A stretch of DNA of 56,615 bases, the filler included, from Dugesia japonica (lineage: Eukaryota), in NCBI GenBank assembly GCA_001938525.1. It is 6 parts of 6 records of this genome, joined end to end, with 100 filler letters (N's around TTAATTAATTAA, not from the genome) between each part and the next. Parts side by side here need not be neighbours in the genome. Positions count along the whole stretch, not along the records: positions 39,988 to 48,109 come from MQRL01465936.1; positions 48,210 to 56,615 come from MQRL01642261.1; 4 more parts are not named here. One strand, 5' to 3'. Below are positions 40,426 through 52,849 of this stretch, piece by piece (the stretch's first letter is position 1; each line of letters begins with the position of its first letter). A program made the translations under genes and the position numbers. Under the pieces are notes generated by a model. It ran no database searches, was not told the origin of the DNA, and worked only from the letters and a program-made list of their open reading frames with translations.

Positions 40426-40800
40426 CCCGGTGGACCAACTCAAACAACACCAAAGGCTGAAACTCACCAGAAAAGGTCATATTGTTAATATGGTGAAATT
40501 ATAAGGGAATTATATACTTTACCAGCTAACACAACGATCAACTGGAACGCTTACTGTCAGTTATTAAACAAATTAAAGGATTCCTTGCAGCAAAAACGTC
40601 AAAATTTAGTAAAATGTGTAAGTGTTGTTTTCCATCACGGACAACGCGAATTTATTTAATTATTCATTCCGGTCTCTCCAACATCACTATGTCAAATTAC
40701 AAAGATTCTAAATCGCCATATTTTTATCCGGATTGGGATTCGCCAACTACATGAGAAATGGTCATAATGCATGGCTAGTGAAGAATGTTATTTCCCAAAT
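40420..40800 (+). mobile_element. mariner transposase internal remnant
   Basis: SKPGGPTQTTPKAETHQK, LLIW*NYKGII, TINWNAYCQLLNKLKDSLQQKR and VVFHH/DNA. Confidence 0.85.
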
Positions 40801-41169
40801 TAATTTGTAATTATATTTTGAATATAAATATATCTTCATTTTATCAAAATTTTAAATTCTAATATTATTGAAAATAGACAGCCTTGCAATTTGTAGACCT
40901 AATAGAATTACGTTGTTTATATAATTTGTAAAACCCATCAATATAAGCGCGATATTCTTGAGAAATTAAAAAGGAAAATGATGTAGAGAGATTTGAAGAT
41001 AAAAAATGTACATATAATTCTGCTTTTACGCGATTACAAATATGCACAATGTATATGATACATATATGTATATCAAATTTTGAATCGCGCTAAATCAAAT
41101 TCGAATAAAAACTAAATAAGATGCGATTTGTCTAATGAATATGCATATAAAGAATAACTTTTAATACAA

Positions 41170-41705
41170 AACTCACCAGAAAATGTTATATTGTTAATAT
41201 GATGAGATTATAAGGGAATTACGTAACCGGACAAAATGTCCCAAAACAAAATTTCCCAGATCAAAATGTCCCAGATCAAAATGTCCCAGATCAAAATGTT
41301 CCAGATCAAAATACCTCAGATTAAAATGTCCAAATTTAGTAAATTGTTTAGGTGTTAATCTCCACCACGGAAAACGCAAAACCTCACACATATTTGAAGA
41401 TTCGACAAAATTACTAGAACTTCGCTGGGATTTGCTGATACACGCCCCATATAGTCCTAATATGTCTCCATCAGATTACTGTTTCGGTATCTGCAAAATA
41501 TTCGGCTGGGAAAACCTTTTCCTCGGGTAACAGTATCAAAATACACATGGAAGCATTTTTGTTGAACAAAATCAGAAATTTTATCACATTATTTACAGAA
41601 AGACAAAAAAAAATTTTCAATAATAATAAAGACTTTCAGTTTGATTAAATATTGCTTTTTTATTTCATTATTAAAAAACCGCAAGAACTTTCCGAACCAC
41701 CTAAT
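41170..41705 (+). mobile_element. mariner 3' remnant with right TIR, containing a 15-bp minisatellite insertion (41222-41332)
   Basis: WDLLIHAPYSPNMSPSDY; right TIR aaaaaccgcaagaactttccgaaccacctaat; about 7 copies of cagatcaaaatgtcc. Confidence 0.85.
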
Positions 41706-41937
41706 TCATACGTAAGTCATATTTTCATACCACCCAATATACATACATACAACTGAACGATGTTTAATAAATTAATAATAAAGATGAAATTGTATGATTT
41801 CCAGAGTTAAAATAATTAAAGCATTAAATTTTTAATGAATAATTATTAATTATATCAAATTAATTAAAATAAACTAATTAAAAAAACTACAATGCAATAA
41901 ATGTAGTGACAATTAAAGTGAAATAAAAAAGACATAC

Positions 41938-42431
41938 TTATTAGGGAATAAATCAGTCCATGTGTCATCACCAGCAAATTTTATATCAAATCCTGCTAGA
42001 TTCCACTGATTAATTATGCTATCTTCAAACAATTCAGAAGATCCAAAATTGCTACCTATGTCTACAAATGTTGGAAAACTACCAGTAGTAAGGCCTTTAA
42101 TTCTTTGTAATGTAGTCGTTGGAGGATCAGATAGAAAATGTGATATAAAAACATTTTTAGATCGTTTCTTTTTTAAAAAACGTATAATATCAATATGGCC
42201 TTGATAAAAAGAGAATTTTGATAAATTAGGATCAATAAATTCATATTTGAGAGAATCAACCAGTAGCAAAACAATTTTTTTGTATGGTGAAAATTTACAA
42301 AATGGACTTTCAATAGTACAAGAATTGGATTCATATATCTCTGATCTATTTATTAAAAAACCATACAAAAAATTTGCAATGCTCAATATTATACCAAGAA
42401 AACATAAAATAACTGATTTTTTAACAGTCAT
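41938..42431 (-). CDS. PIGO: GPI ethanolamine phosphate transferase 3 (PIG-O/GPI13), first coding exon
   Basis: N-terminal TM ending F.YGFLINR, KKIVLLLVDSLKYEF, FLSDPPTTTLQRIKGLTTGSFPTFVDIGSNF and FAGDDTWTDLFP. GTATGT donor at 41937 (minus). PPTTTLQR favours PIG-O over PIG-G (PTVTMPR). Confidence 0.92.
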
Positions 42432-43119
42432 AATTACGTATATAAGTTATATTAAAAGACGCTGCAAATTAATTGCAAAATTAATCAAAGGTAAATATTA
42501 TTAAAACAAAGGAAAATAATTTCGATTTATTTATGAATTTATTTTTACGAAAATTAATCAAATATAAAATTTATTTACATTTTGATACAATGTTTATTGC
42601 AATGTTAATTTTGAATAAATTAGATTTTATCTATTCATTTGGATTCATTTTCTATTCACTTCTTAATTTTATTTTAATCAGACAACAATATCCATAATTT
42701 GAACTATTCAACATAATCTAACAATAAATAAAGTAATTTTTTTAAGAGTAAGGCAATCAGACATTCAGGTTATTATTTATAATAAGACTTGTAACATTGA
42801 GATATTTTTTTCACAATATGTATGTTTGGTGTTTTATTTATAAATTAACCTTTTTATTGAACATGTTTAAAAATGAACATTCTAATTTATTAATTCCATT
42901 TTAAAATTGTTTTACTTTTTTACAATTTTGGCTAAATTCTTTAAATTATAATATTTCCTAATTGACTCATTCTAATCTTTTTGATCTTTATAAGACAGTA
43001 TTCAACTATTTCTTGAATTATTTATTTTACCAAGGACATCCATATAATTGATAAATAGCATTTGACTTCATTCAAAATATTTGAATATTAATTTGAATAT
43101 AAATATTTGACTTTTCTTT

Positions 43120-44140
43120 TACTTCTAGAATATATTTTCAGTCATTGTTAAAAAGTGAATAAAAGAGGTTATAAATGACAAGTCAATGTCTGCGGTTCGC
43201 AGAGCTTTTTTTTCCTCGCTCAAAGCTTTCTCAGTAACATCAACAGACGAGACAATCCACAATAGTTCTGGGGAGTGTAACGTTTAAGTTTTCTAACAGT
43301 CTTTGAGAACCTATTTCGATGAGAGTTTATTCGACAGCTTCCTAAGCTTTTAACCACCTTTCAATAATAAATAGCATAAAATTTCAACGAGTTAAATAAT
43401 ACAAACATAGTTTTCCCATGCTGTTAAATTTCTCTTTGATCTTGATCGTAAATAGATCAAAACAAATAGTTGACCTTTTGAAAAATTTTGTGATTTTGTG
43501 GACAGAATTGAATCATTGAAGTCAACTTCTTGGTTTTTGCCAGTTGATTTATGTTGGTTGAAATTATCTTTGTCACTGTCATCATCAGAGTAGTCGATCT
43601 TAGAAGTAACGTTAAGTGTTTTCTTAAAGAAACGCCAGGATAAAGACCATGGTTTAAATATGCTTGATAGATACCATGACTTTCTACTCTGAATTTCAAC
43701 ATGAGACTAGCGCGATCTTCTTTTGTCACTTCAATGTTTCGCTGAAGTGAAATACCGAAAGAATTAGGATTTTCTTGTACGGTCCTTACCCTCTTTTCAA
43801 TATTGAAACTTCCACAAATTTGAAGAAGTCTCAGATTGAAAAATTCTGATTTTCCTGGGTCAACGTTTATGTTGAGATATATTCTTGTGACAATTACTTG
43901 ATTATTTATAAAATACAAATAATATCAGAATTTTTAAATATAAGAAATTCATCTAATATTTGAACAAATATAAATCAAACCTCTTAAATTTCTAAATTTA
44001 TTCAAGCTGTAAAAATATGTAATCTTTTAAAATGTTCGTTTTGAACACAAAATTATTTAGGAAAATAACTTAAAAGCTCGTCAAGCTTTGGAATCGAGAC
44101 TCAAAAAAGAGCTAAAGCTCGTCGAGCTCAAGCCCATAAT
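43120..44140 (-). mobile_element. hAT-superfamily transposase remnant with possible terminal repeats (gagctcgacgagc)
   Basis: IYLNINV..FFNLRLLQICGS..FGISLQRNI..EDRASLMLK..YLNHGL (cf. RYMNVN..NLGL.RI.GS..TDGASVM.K..C.AHG) and KALSE..LRTADI. Repeated aagctcgtc..ctcaagccc at 44074-44135. Confidence 0.75.
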
Positions 44141-45329
44141 TTTTCCAAATTGCTCTTATGATAATTCCCTTCTCTTATCCATGGTTTTACATATGCAGTT
44201 GATTGTGTCCTTAGCTTGGAATGTTCATTGCTGTATTTATTAATATCTCTTACTCATCAATCATAATCTTATATAACATTCTTAGCTTAATATCAGTTTT
44301 TCTTGATTTTTAATTTTGAGGTATTCTACCCCAACACCAACTTGGATTTAATGATTATATTATATTTAAATCATATTAGTTTTTATACTTAGAAATTTGA
44401 ACTTACATCTACTAAAATGTACTTGCAAAATAAATTAGGATACCTCAGATCTACAGTCCCAAGATTTCCAGTAATTACTGTCATATATGATTTAATATAG
44501 ATTGAATATGGTAAAGCCATATTAGTTATTAATTCTTAATAACATTCATTCTTAAATAAATATTTATTAAATTCTTAATTTATTATTTTAATAATAAATT
44601 CAAAGCTAGAAATTATGTATTATAACCAGTAATTACAAATAACAAAATTAACTATTAAATAATTTATAATTAAATTAAATGTTAAGGTTAATTGCTTCGA
44701 AGACTGGCTGGCAACAACTAAAAAATGTTGGTGATGTCGATATGTTTCTTTTAGCCAGCTGACAAGTGAGTCATAATCAGCATTGTAAAGAAAAGTTCAC
44801 CTATAGAATTCCAACATTTCAAATTAATTTCTTGCTTTATTCGTCTAAATTATTTTTGAAATTTTTGCTATTCCTTTTTAAATATCTTTTTGTTGATCAT
44901 TTATCTGAAACAATTGTTTTTCTAAGTGAATTATTTTTTAGAATTATTAAATCACTTTTTATATTTCTATTTCTTTCCATTTACTTTATTATATTGCATT
45001 TATTTGATACATTAATCACGTCCTGTTTTTAACTAGATGTTAATATTCATTCTTTGATCATTCTCGTTTGATAATTAAATTGAATACTTCCTTTTGAAAG
45101 TATTTTTCATATTTCTGATCTTTTCTTGAAATAGTTAAAATTCTTTCTCATTCGCCACAAAACTTCATTTTTACTCAACTTGTTCAATAAATAATTTGAC
45201 TTTCAGCTTTATTTAGTCATTAATTGATTTATTTTTTATTTTATAAAAATTAATAATTAACATTTTCAATAACTCATTTTATCTTTAACAAATAATAACT
45301 TTAATTGATTTTGTTAAAAAATCCTGTAA

Positions 45330-47200
45330 CAAAAGAATTGTTACGCTCAAATATTCCAAAACGAGAATATTAGGATTATACAAAAAATATTATTTAGATC
45401 GATTTCTCTGAAAAATACGGATCCATGTAACAACATACAATATCACTATACCATTTTTCTCTCTCTGCAAGCATATTAGCAGTATGTTCCAAGGGGAATT
45501 GCATTTCCGTAAAAATCCGTTTTACAAATTCTGTATTGCCTTTTTAATCTTTGCTTCAAAGTTAGTGGTTAATATCATGGTTTAATTCTGATTAGCTTAA
45601 TTCTTATCACAATCTTATGTTTTACCAGACATATTCTTCCAATATTCTAATGATCCGCCATTTACACGTTTTCTCTGTTTTTATTATTTACGTAAATTTG
45701 TTGTTCTCTTTGACCTATATAATTTTTAAGGCTCAGGTCAACAGTTTTCTGTTCTTTATTTGACTACTTAATTTTCCTTTAATGTTGCTTACGAAGTTTT
45801 TCTTTTTGACTCACTTTAACATCTGTCATTTTCGACACACTGTATCTGAAGGACTTTTGTATTTATGTATGACTGTTATAATCTGATATCATCTTCAAAA
45901 ACACTGGGAATATAATTTCTTTGGAATTATCTTTGAAGTTACTTGCATCTTCGTTGTTTCTACTGTTTTCATCATACTCACGTTTCTGCATCGTTACTTC
46001 TCATTAATAACTGTTCTCATAGCCTGTTAACACATGTCACACTCATTATATTGATTCGTGCCCAAGTGCCTAAAATACATTAGAAAGTTTCCCCGTTTAT
46101 AATTAAATTCACACTCGGTCTTGTTAATAGCATGTTAGTAGGTAGATAGTGGCACACGGGCACAATTTGGTAATGAGCCAAATTGTGCCCGTGTGCCACT
46201 ATCTATCTACTCATGTTATACAAAATTTCTACCGCTGGTTAGCCTTAATTGCTCCAATTGTATCTTCAAGCTTTTTTTCTCTTTAGGAACCTATATACTT
46301 TTCCAAAATTACCCAACTTTTCAACATACTGAAAAGATTTTATTCATTTCTTAGTTAGCAAACGTCTTCAACTAACTCCTCTATTCGTGAAGCTCATTTT
46401 TGAGCATTACTTATTAAAATAGACTTAATCTGTCGATCCGTGCTTGTATGCAGTTTTTTTAGTCCAACTTTGAATAACATTTATTGGTTCTATGATTATT
46501 TCTGTTACATTTCTTACACTGTATTTCCTGACATAATCTTCTTATATGTTCTTTTCCACAACCAAAAGATATTGCCGATCTTCTATCCCGACAATACCTA
46601 TGTGTCCTTTTTTGTAACCCTCTACCTTTCCTTTGTTGGAAAATCGATCGTTGTATGACATGTTTTGAACCTTCTCTTTTTTCATTTTGTCCCCTTGTGA
46701 GCCAATATAGCGTAACTTTTTACGTTTATCTGTTAGTTCAAATTATCCATCATAGTCACTGTCTTCTGAATATGTTTTTACTTGTTATCTTCTGTAGCAA
46801 TTTTTTCTCTGCTTCCTTATTTCTTATGCATACTATCAACATTCTTGTCATTACCGTTTCCTTCGTAAATTCTTAATTCTCGAACAACCTACCCATCTAG
46901 TCTTACACTTTTAAAGGTATGTTTCAATATATTCCTTTCTAATTCGAATAAATTTCATAATCTTTGAACATGCCTCTTTCATGATCAAATAGCATTCTTG
47001 GTTTGGCTTGAAATTCCTGTCTTTGCAATGTTTTCGCTTACAAGTCTAATAGATCATCAGCGATGATGTATGTTTTAAATCTCTCTTGTTTTTTCTTTTG
47101 TGTGATACCCTTGGGTTTGAAATACATTTAACATCTTTTAATAAATTTCAATAAAACATGCAACAATCATTTACTGTTTACACCCGTGTTAACCGTTGCC
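45330..47200 (-). mobile_element. Ty3/Gypsy gag-pro-RT(5') remnant
   Basis: Minus strand: gag start near 47200; knuckles GCGKEHIRRLC..CKKCNRNNHRTNKC (~46480-46570); protease RPSVNLIINGETF*CILGTWARINIMS (~46040-46125); RT start NGFLRKCNSPWN (~45490-45520). Confidence 0.8.
46137..46211. mobile_element. 75-bp TIR-only element with a 6-bp TSD (candidate mini-Polinton)
   Basis: CATGTT|AGTAGGTAGATAGTGGCACACGGGCACAATTTGG-TAATGAG-CCAAATTGTGCCCGTGTGCCACTATCTATCTACT|CATGTT; 34-bp arms with 1 mismatch. Confidence 0.85.
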
Positions 47201-48061
47201 ATTCTTTTGCGCTTAACTATTGAAATCAATAACACTAAATTTACCTGCGAAAATTTATTTAAATGAATAAAATAAATGACTAAAAACTATAAATTAAACA
47301 GAGTTACTTGGTTCATCTTTCAATTTAAATTAATTTGCCAAAAAACTAAAAATCAAATCTTAAAATCAATACCAGAAACCATTATTTCCTTTTCAAAGTA
47401 ATTCCAAAAAACAGAATAACAAATTTAATTGCCAATGAATTCGAATGTAACAAAAAACCATATTCATTAACTATGTAAATTACGGTTTTTAAATTGATTA
47501 ACGAACAATTTTTCACCGGAAAATTTTAGTTCAATAAAACACGCCGCAAATCCAGGCTGCTACACTAATTTAAACTGTTTTAAGGCTGTAAATAATAACT
47601 AAGGTGTGCATTAAGTGATTAAATTCCAAACAAAAACGGAAGTAATTCTAATGAAAAAAACATTTTGAAATGCAATCTCTAAAATTCTCAATTATTGATT
47701 CTTGAAAAACAAAATGAAAAAAAAATAAAATAAATATATTACATTTTATTTTAACTTTAATCCCTACATTTAAATAATACATCATCAATTATATACAAGC
47801 TTTTCATCATTAATAACAGTTTGACTTAAATCATGTATAAGGTTATCTGATAAATAAATCAGGGAGATACAAGCAATATGATTATATACAGACAAACTAT
47901 CAATACAAATTCTATATCCAAATATAATAATAATAATAATTATAATAATAATCAATAATAATAATAATCAATAATAATAATAATCAATAATAATTATAAT
48001 AATAATAATTATAATAATATTCAATAATAATAATCATAATAATCAATAATAATCAATAATC

Positions 48062-48109
<48 letters not shown>

Positions 48110-48249
48110 NNNNNNNNNNNNNNNNNNNNNNNNNNNNNNNNNNNNNNNNNNNNTTAATTAATTAANNNNNNNNNNNNNNNNNNNNNNNNNNNNNNNNNNN
48201 NNNNNNNNNTTTTCTCTATTTTTAATTGAGTTTTATTGCATATTTTGAC

Positions 48250-49640
48250 TTCATATTTTCATAGACCCTACAATACTTGCTACCAACAGCTCTTGTCATA
48301 TACAATACTCAGTAGCATCAAGTCTTAACATACAAATAGTNCAATATTTGCTTGCATCAAGTCTTAATATAAAATAATCGCTATCAAAAGCTCTTAACAT
48401 ACACAATACTCATTACCAACAAGTATTAATATATAGAATAATCTCCATCACCAAGAATACATCACATATAGAATACTCGCTATCAACAAGTATTAATATA
48501 TAAAATACCCGCTATCAACAAGTAATAACATACACAATACTTGCTATCATCATTTACTTATTGATTATTCAGTTAATGGTTTAATCTGTTCATCGCTTAT
48601 TCAATATAGCCAACTCTATAATTCACGCTGAATTATATACTTTACTGTTGAGATGTCTTTGTGATTTCGCAAAGGCAAATCAACGATTTTAACGTGAGCT
48701 CTATTAATTTAATTTTAATAAACGAAATCCGATTAATTTTTTACTTATAAATATCGTTATCAATGTTTTCTATATCTTAATATGTTTAATATATAAAACA
48801 ATATATTTATAAATAGACTATATAGTCACCTTAAATAATAGGGACAAAAATTTACATTTTTAAAAATTCTATTGATAAGTAAATATTACACTATATTATT
48901 GTGCGTTAAGATTTTTTTCTCTGGGTCTGTTACTATAAGTATTNNNNNNNNNNNNNNNNNNNNNNNNNNNNNNNNNNNNNNNNNNNNNNNNNNNNNNNNN
49001 NNNNNNNNNNNNNNNNNNNNNNNNNNNNNNNNNNNNNNATAAAATATAAATAAAAATTATTCACATAAATAAATAAAATTTATCATTCACATAAATAAAT
49101 AAAATTTATCCATATCGTTAAAATAAAATTTATTTACAGGTAAAATAAAATTACGTACTTTTACAAAAATTTATGAAATCCAAATCGATCGTCAAACATA
49201 ATAAAGTCCAAGATATACATTATCGTCAAATAATCGTCAAACATAAAAAAAACTAAAATCAATATACACAAGTTTTTTAAATTGGTTTAAACATAATATT
49301 AAGTCTTTTAAATTGGTTGGATTGATTGCTTTGCTCGGTTGAATTGGTTGGATTGATTGTTCTGCTCGGTTTCTGGCTTATCTTTATTGGGTTGATTGTT
49401 TGTGTTTTATTATTGTATGTATGTATGCTTGTTATATTTTAGTGTCTGCTTTCCCCAACAATACAACTAATAACCCAGATAAACCGATTAATTTTTCACC
49501 TTAATATAGTAAAATCTATTAAAAATACATTTCTAATGTGTTTGTTAACCAATTAATTATCAACTTGTTATATAAATTTATTCTTTCATTCATTAAAATT
49601 CTAACCAAATATACCTGTTATTAGCCTTTCAAATCAATTA
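48250..49640. repeat. Interspersed repeat with ~31-bp tandem units; shorter copy at ~56090-56470
   Basis: acaatactcgctatcaacaagt units, tcagttaatg.tttaatctgt.catc and ttaaccaattaattatcaacttgt.atataaatttattctttcatt are all shared with the window end. Confidence 0.75.
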
Positions 49641-50619
49641 ATTTATTCATTTAAATATTTTTTTTAATTAATTAGTTAAATCTTCAAAGAATCAATTATA
49701 ATCAAATCAATAACTATTTGAGAAACTAATTTGATTCATTATTATCCTTATTTATTGTAATAACCTAATTGAAAATAAAAAATTGTAAAGGTTTTTCAAT
49801 CTTTATAATTGTAAAAGCTTGAATTTCACTTATTATTTTACAAAGTCTAAAGTCACTATATTTTACACTTAAAATTAATGTTTTAGATATTTTTCTCGTA
49901 ATTATTTGAAAANTATTTATCCAATCAATTATTTTAGTTATAGTCAGTAAATATTTAAAATTATTTCAAACTATCTAGTGCTTAATAAAAATTTCAATTA
50001 TTTCAAATTAAAGTTTGAAATTAACTATTGTCATTAAGGTTAAAGATTGACAATTTTTTACCATTTTATTCTTTTTTAGCATTAAATTCTCTATCTAATA
50101 GTTACTTTGATGCTTAAATTTGAGTTAAGTTTTTATTTTTATTAATCCTCGATTCTAATTTTTAAAAAAAATGCATAATTTTAACGATTTATATGAAAGA
50201 TTTTTCTAACATTAATGTGTTTTCACATAAATTCAAGTTGTATGTACTTTTACTGCTAATTATTTGAAAAGTATTAAATCCATCATACTTAATCTATTCT
50301 ATCAATTATATGAGTTATTTCCAACAATTGCTTAAAAATTATTTCAATGAATAACTGCTTAATAAATAATTTTCTATTTTAAATAAAACATTAATTAAAA
50401 AATACATTGGAAATTAAAATTTGATTTAAAATTATTTCAAAATTTCTTAAATAATTAATAAATACTTTAATTTAACCGTAAAAAATTTTAAATTTAATAA
50501 TAAAATACATGCATGAAATCTAATTTATTTTCAAAACACAATTCAATTTACCTAAAAAAAAGCATAGTTTTAATCAAATTACACATTGAAAATTAATCAA
50601 TTCATTATACTTAACTTTA

Positions 50620-50855
50620 TATTTACAATTATTGTGAGAATAATTGTTGGACTTAACTATTGATCGCATTTGAGATTTCATTAAAATAAGAAAAGGNNNN
50701 NNNNNNNNNNNNNNNNNNNNNNNNNNNNNNNNNNNNNNNNNNNNNNNNNNNNNNNNNNNNNNNNNNNNNNNNNNAAGACTATTGTCGAAAATTTGAACCT
50801 TTTTACAAATAAATTTTATTTTGATCGAAGCCTTTTCTTATTTTAATGGAATATT
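50620..50855. mobile_element. Member of the hammerhead fold-back family (centre lost in a gap)
   Basis: Left arm tttacaattattgtgagaataattgttggac..ttcattaaaataagaaaagg; right arm aagactattgtcGAAA..ttttgatcgaagccttttcttattttaatg. Confidence 0.6.
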
Positions 50856-51888
50856 TAACTTATTCAATCAATTATAGGAGATATTTTCAATAAATAATTA
50901 CAAAGTTTTCAAAAATATCAATACTTAAAAAAAATTTCATATTTTAAATTTAACTTTAATTAAATTGTAACGATAAAAATTTGAACAATTTATTAAAAAT
51001 TTACGAAATCTAATTTGATTTCAAAATTAAAAGTTAACATAAAGAAGAGGTTAAATAATTAAATATTAATTAAACAGTACATTTACCATAAGTGAAGAGT
51101 GAATAACATCAAATACGAAAGATACCGGTAAATGATAGAAAAGACCTGTAAATAGTTAGATTAGTCTTCAGAGGTTTGATAACTGAAGACTGGTAAAGAG
51201 TGAAATTTCATCTAAATTCATTTAAAAAACTACAAAAAATTGAACTTACCGAATAAATTATCATATATTTATGTTCCTCGGAGAATCCCAAATTAAGTAC
51301 TTGTTTTTTCAATATAACTTTTTATCTAAAAGGTTTGGTGATTTCTAATCGTGATTTTCAAACTCATCGAAAATTTCCTATCAAATAGTATAAATTTTGA
51401 TAAATTGTGCAGTATATTTAATATTTTTGAAAAATGTTACGAAAATCCGGAAGGACAGTTGTACATATTGGTAAGAAAGCATTTTTACCGAGATAATATT
51501 TTAACTTTCCCTAGTCACTTTTTCTTCCTGAGTAATACCAAATTTAGTCGATAGCAGTTATCTACGAACAGATATCTCAGTGCTAAAATCTGAATTTTGA
51601 GATTTTTTCATAACAAAACCTTATTTATTTCATCGGGTATTAACTTAAGCGATTTTAGGTTAACATATTTTGAATCAGCAAAATTTTTCTATCGAATAAA
51701 CATTTTTGACAAATTTAAGAAGAAAAGCTTATTATTGAAAAATGATCGTCGTAAATTTTTCAGCAGTTTGGTAAAAAAAATCTTTTATATCTGAGATAAA
51801 GAACATATATTTTCAAAACTTTAGACGGTTCACCCAGATTCCCATAAAAATTTCATTAAAAAATTTTAAACTTTCATATTATTTAAAC

Positions 51889-52528
51889 ATGAACGGTTTC
51901 CCCTAGTTCATATAAAACATGCAGTCTATTAAGTTTTTGAACCTAGTGGTAGTGGAAAACTTTGTTTGTATAATAATTACTGAAAGCCAATTTATTCAAG
52001 TCGAAATTTAATGAAATATANTGGCATAGAGGTGCCGATGAAGAGATTGAACTGATTCAATTAGAATTTCGTAATATCCAAATGAAGATTATAAACGGAT
52101 TCGATAAAAAGTGGAGCAAACGATTGAAACCTGGTAATGATATTGTTGTTGACGATCTGTAAGAAGATGCAAAAAAAGAAAAGGATTTCAATAATTTATT
52201 CACAAAGATATCAAGAAATTGTAATGTTACTGTGATATTCATCACTCAAAACCTATTTCACCAAAGTGGTAGTCAAAAAACGCGTAATCTAAACTTACAA
52301 TACTTGCTTCTATTTAAAAATCGGAGAGATCAAACAGTTGTTGATTTTCTATCAAGACAGGCTTATCCAAATGATAGGCATTTTATTATTGAATCATTTC
52401 AAGATGCAACATATAAACCGCATGGATATCTATTTCTTGACTTTACACAATAATGTCTAGATGAATATAGAATGAGAACGGATATATTCAATCCAAATGG
52501 TATGACAGTGTATCAACAAACTAGGTAA
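51889..52528 (+). mobile_element. Polinton/Maverick A32-like (FtsK/HerA) packaging ATPase pseudogene
   Basis: Walker A remnant PSGSGK(T), Walker B IVVDDL, FTKISRNCNVTVIFITQNLF, LNLQYLLLFKNRRD, ESFQDATYKPHGYLFLDFTQ and RMRTDIF. Confidence 0.92.
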
Positions 52529-52849
52529 TTTTATTCATGTTATAAAATGGCAAAATTTAAGAAATTTATAGTTGATCAACTAGCTGATGGTGATAATAAA
52601 CAACGAGAAAATTTTTTTGTGAAGGAAAGGAATGTGAAAAAGAAGAAACAAGCGCATAAGAAGCAACTTGTAAATAATAAGAAGCAATTGAATATCTTTC
52701 AAATACTAGCAAAACAGAACTGAATAAACCTGAGAAGGAAGAATGGAAAATGGATATCAATATAAACGATTTACTGATATGTATGTTATGTATGCTAGTT
52801 TCAGCAGGAATGTTGTTAGTAAATAATTTTACTAACACAATATCTCATA

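Noticed and set aside
41194-41391. ORF with pentapeptide repeats (HFDLG)n
   Set aside because: Translation of the 15-bp minisatellite inside a mariner remnant.
44150-44420. Possible Copia-type RNase H remnant on the minus strand (RKTDIK)
   Set aside because: The similarity is too weak to support by eye.
51164-51192. Small hairpin agtcttcag...ctgaagact as another hammerhead
   Set aside because: It has CTGAAGA but no properly placed helix II plus GAAA; only a short inverted repeat.
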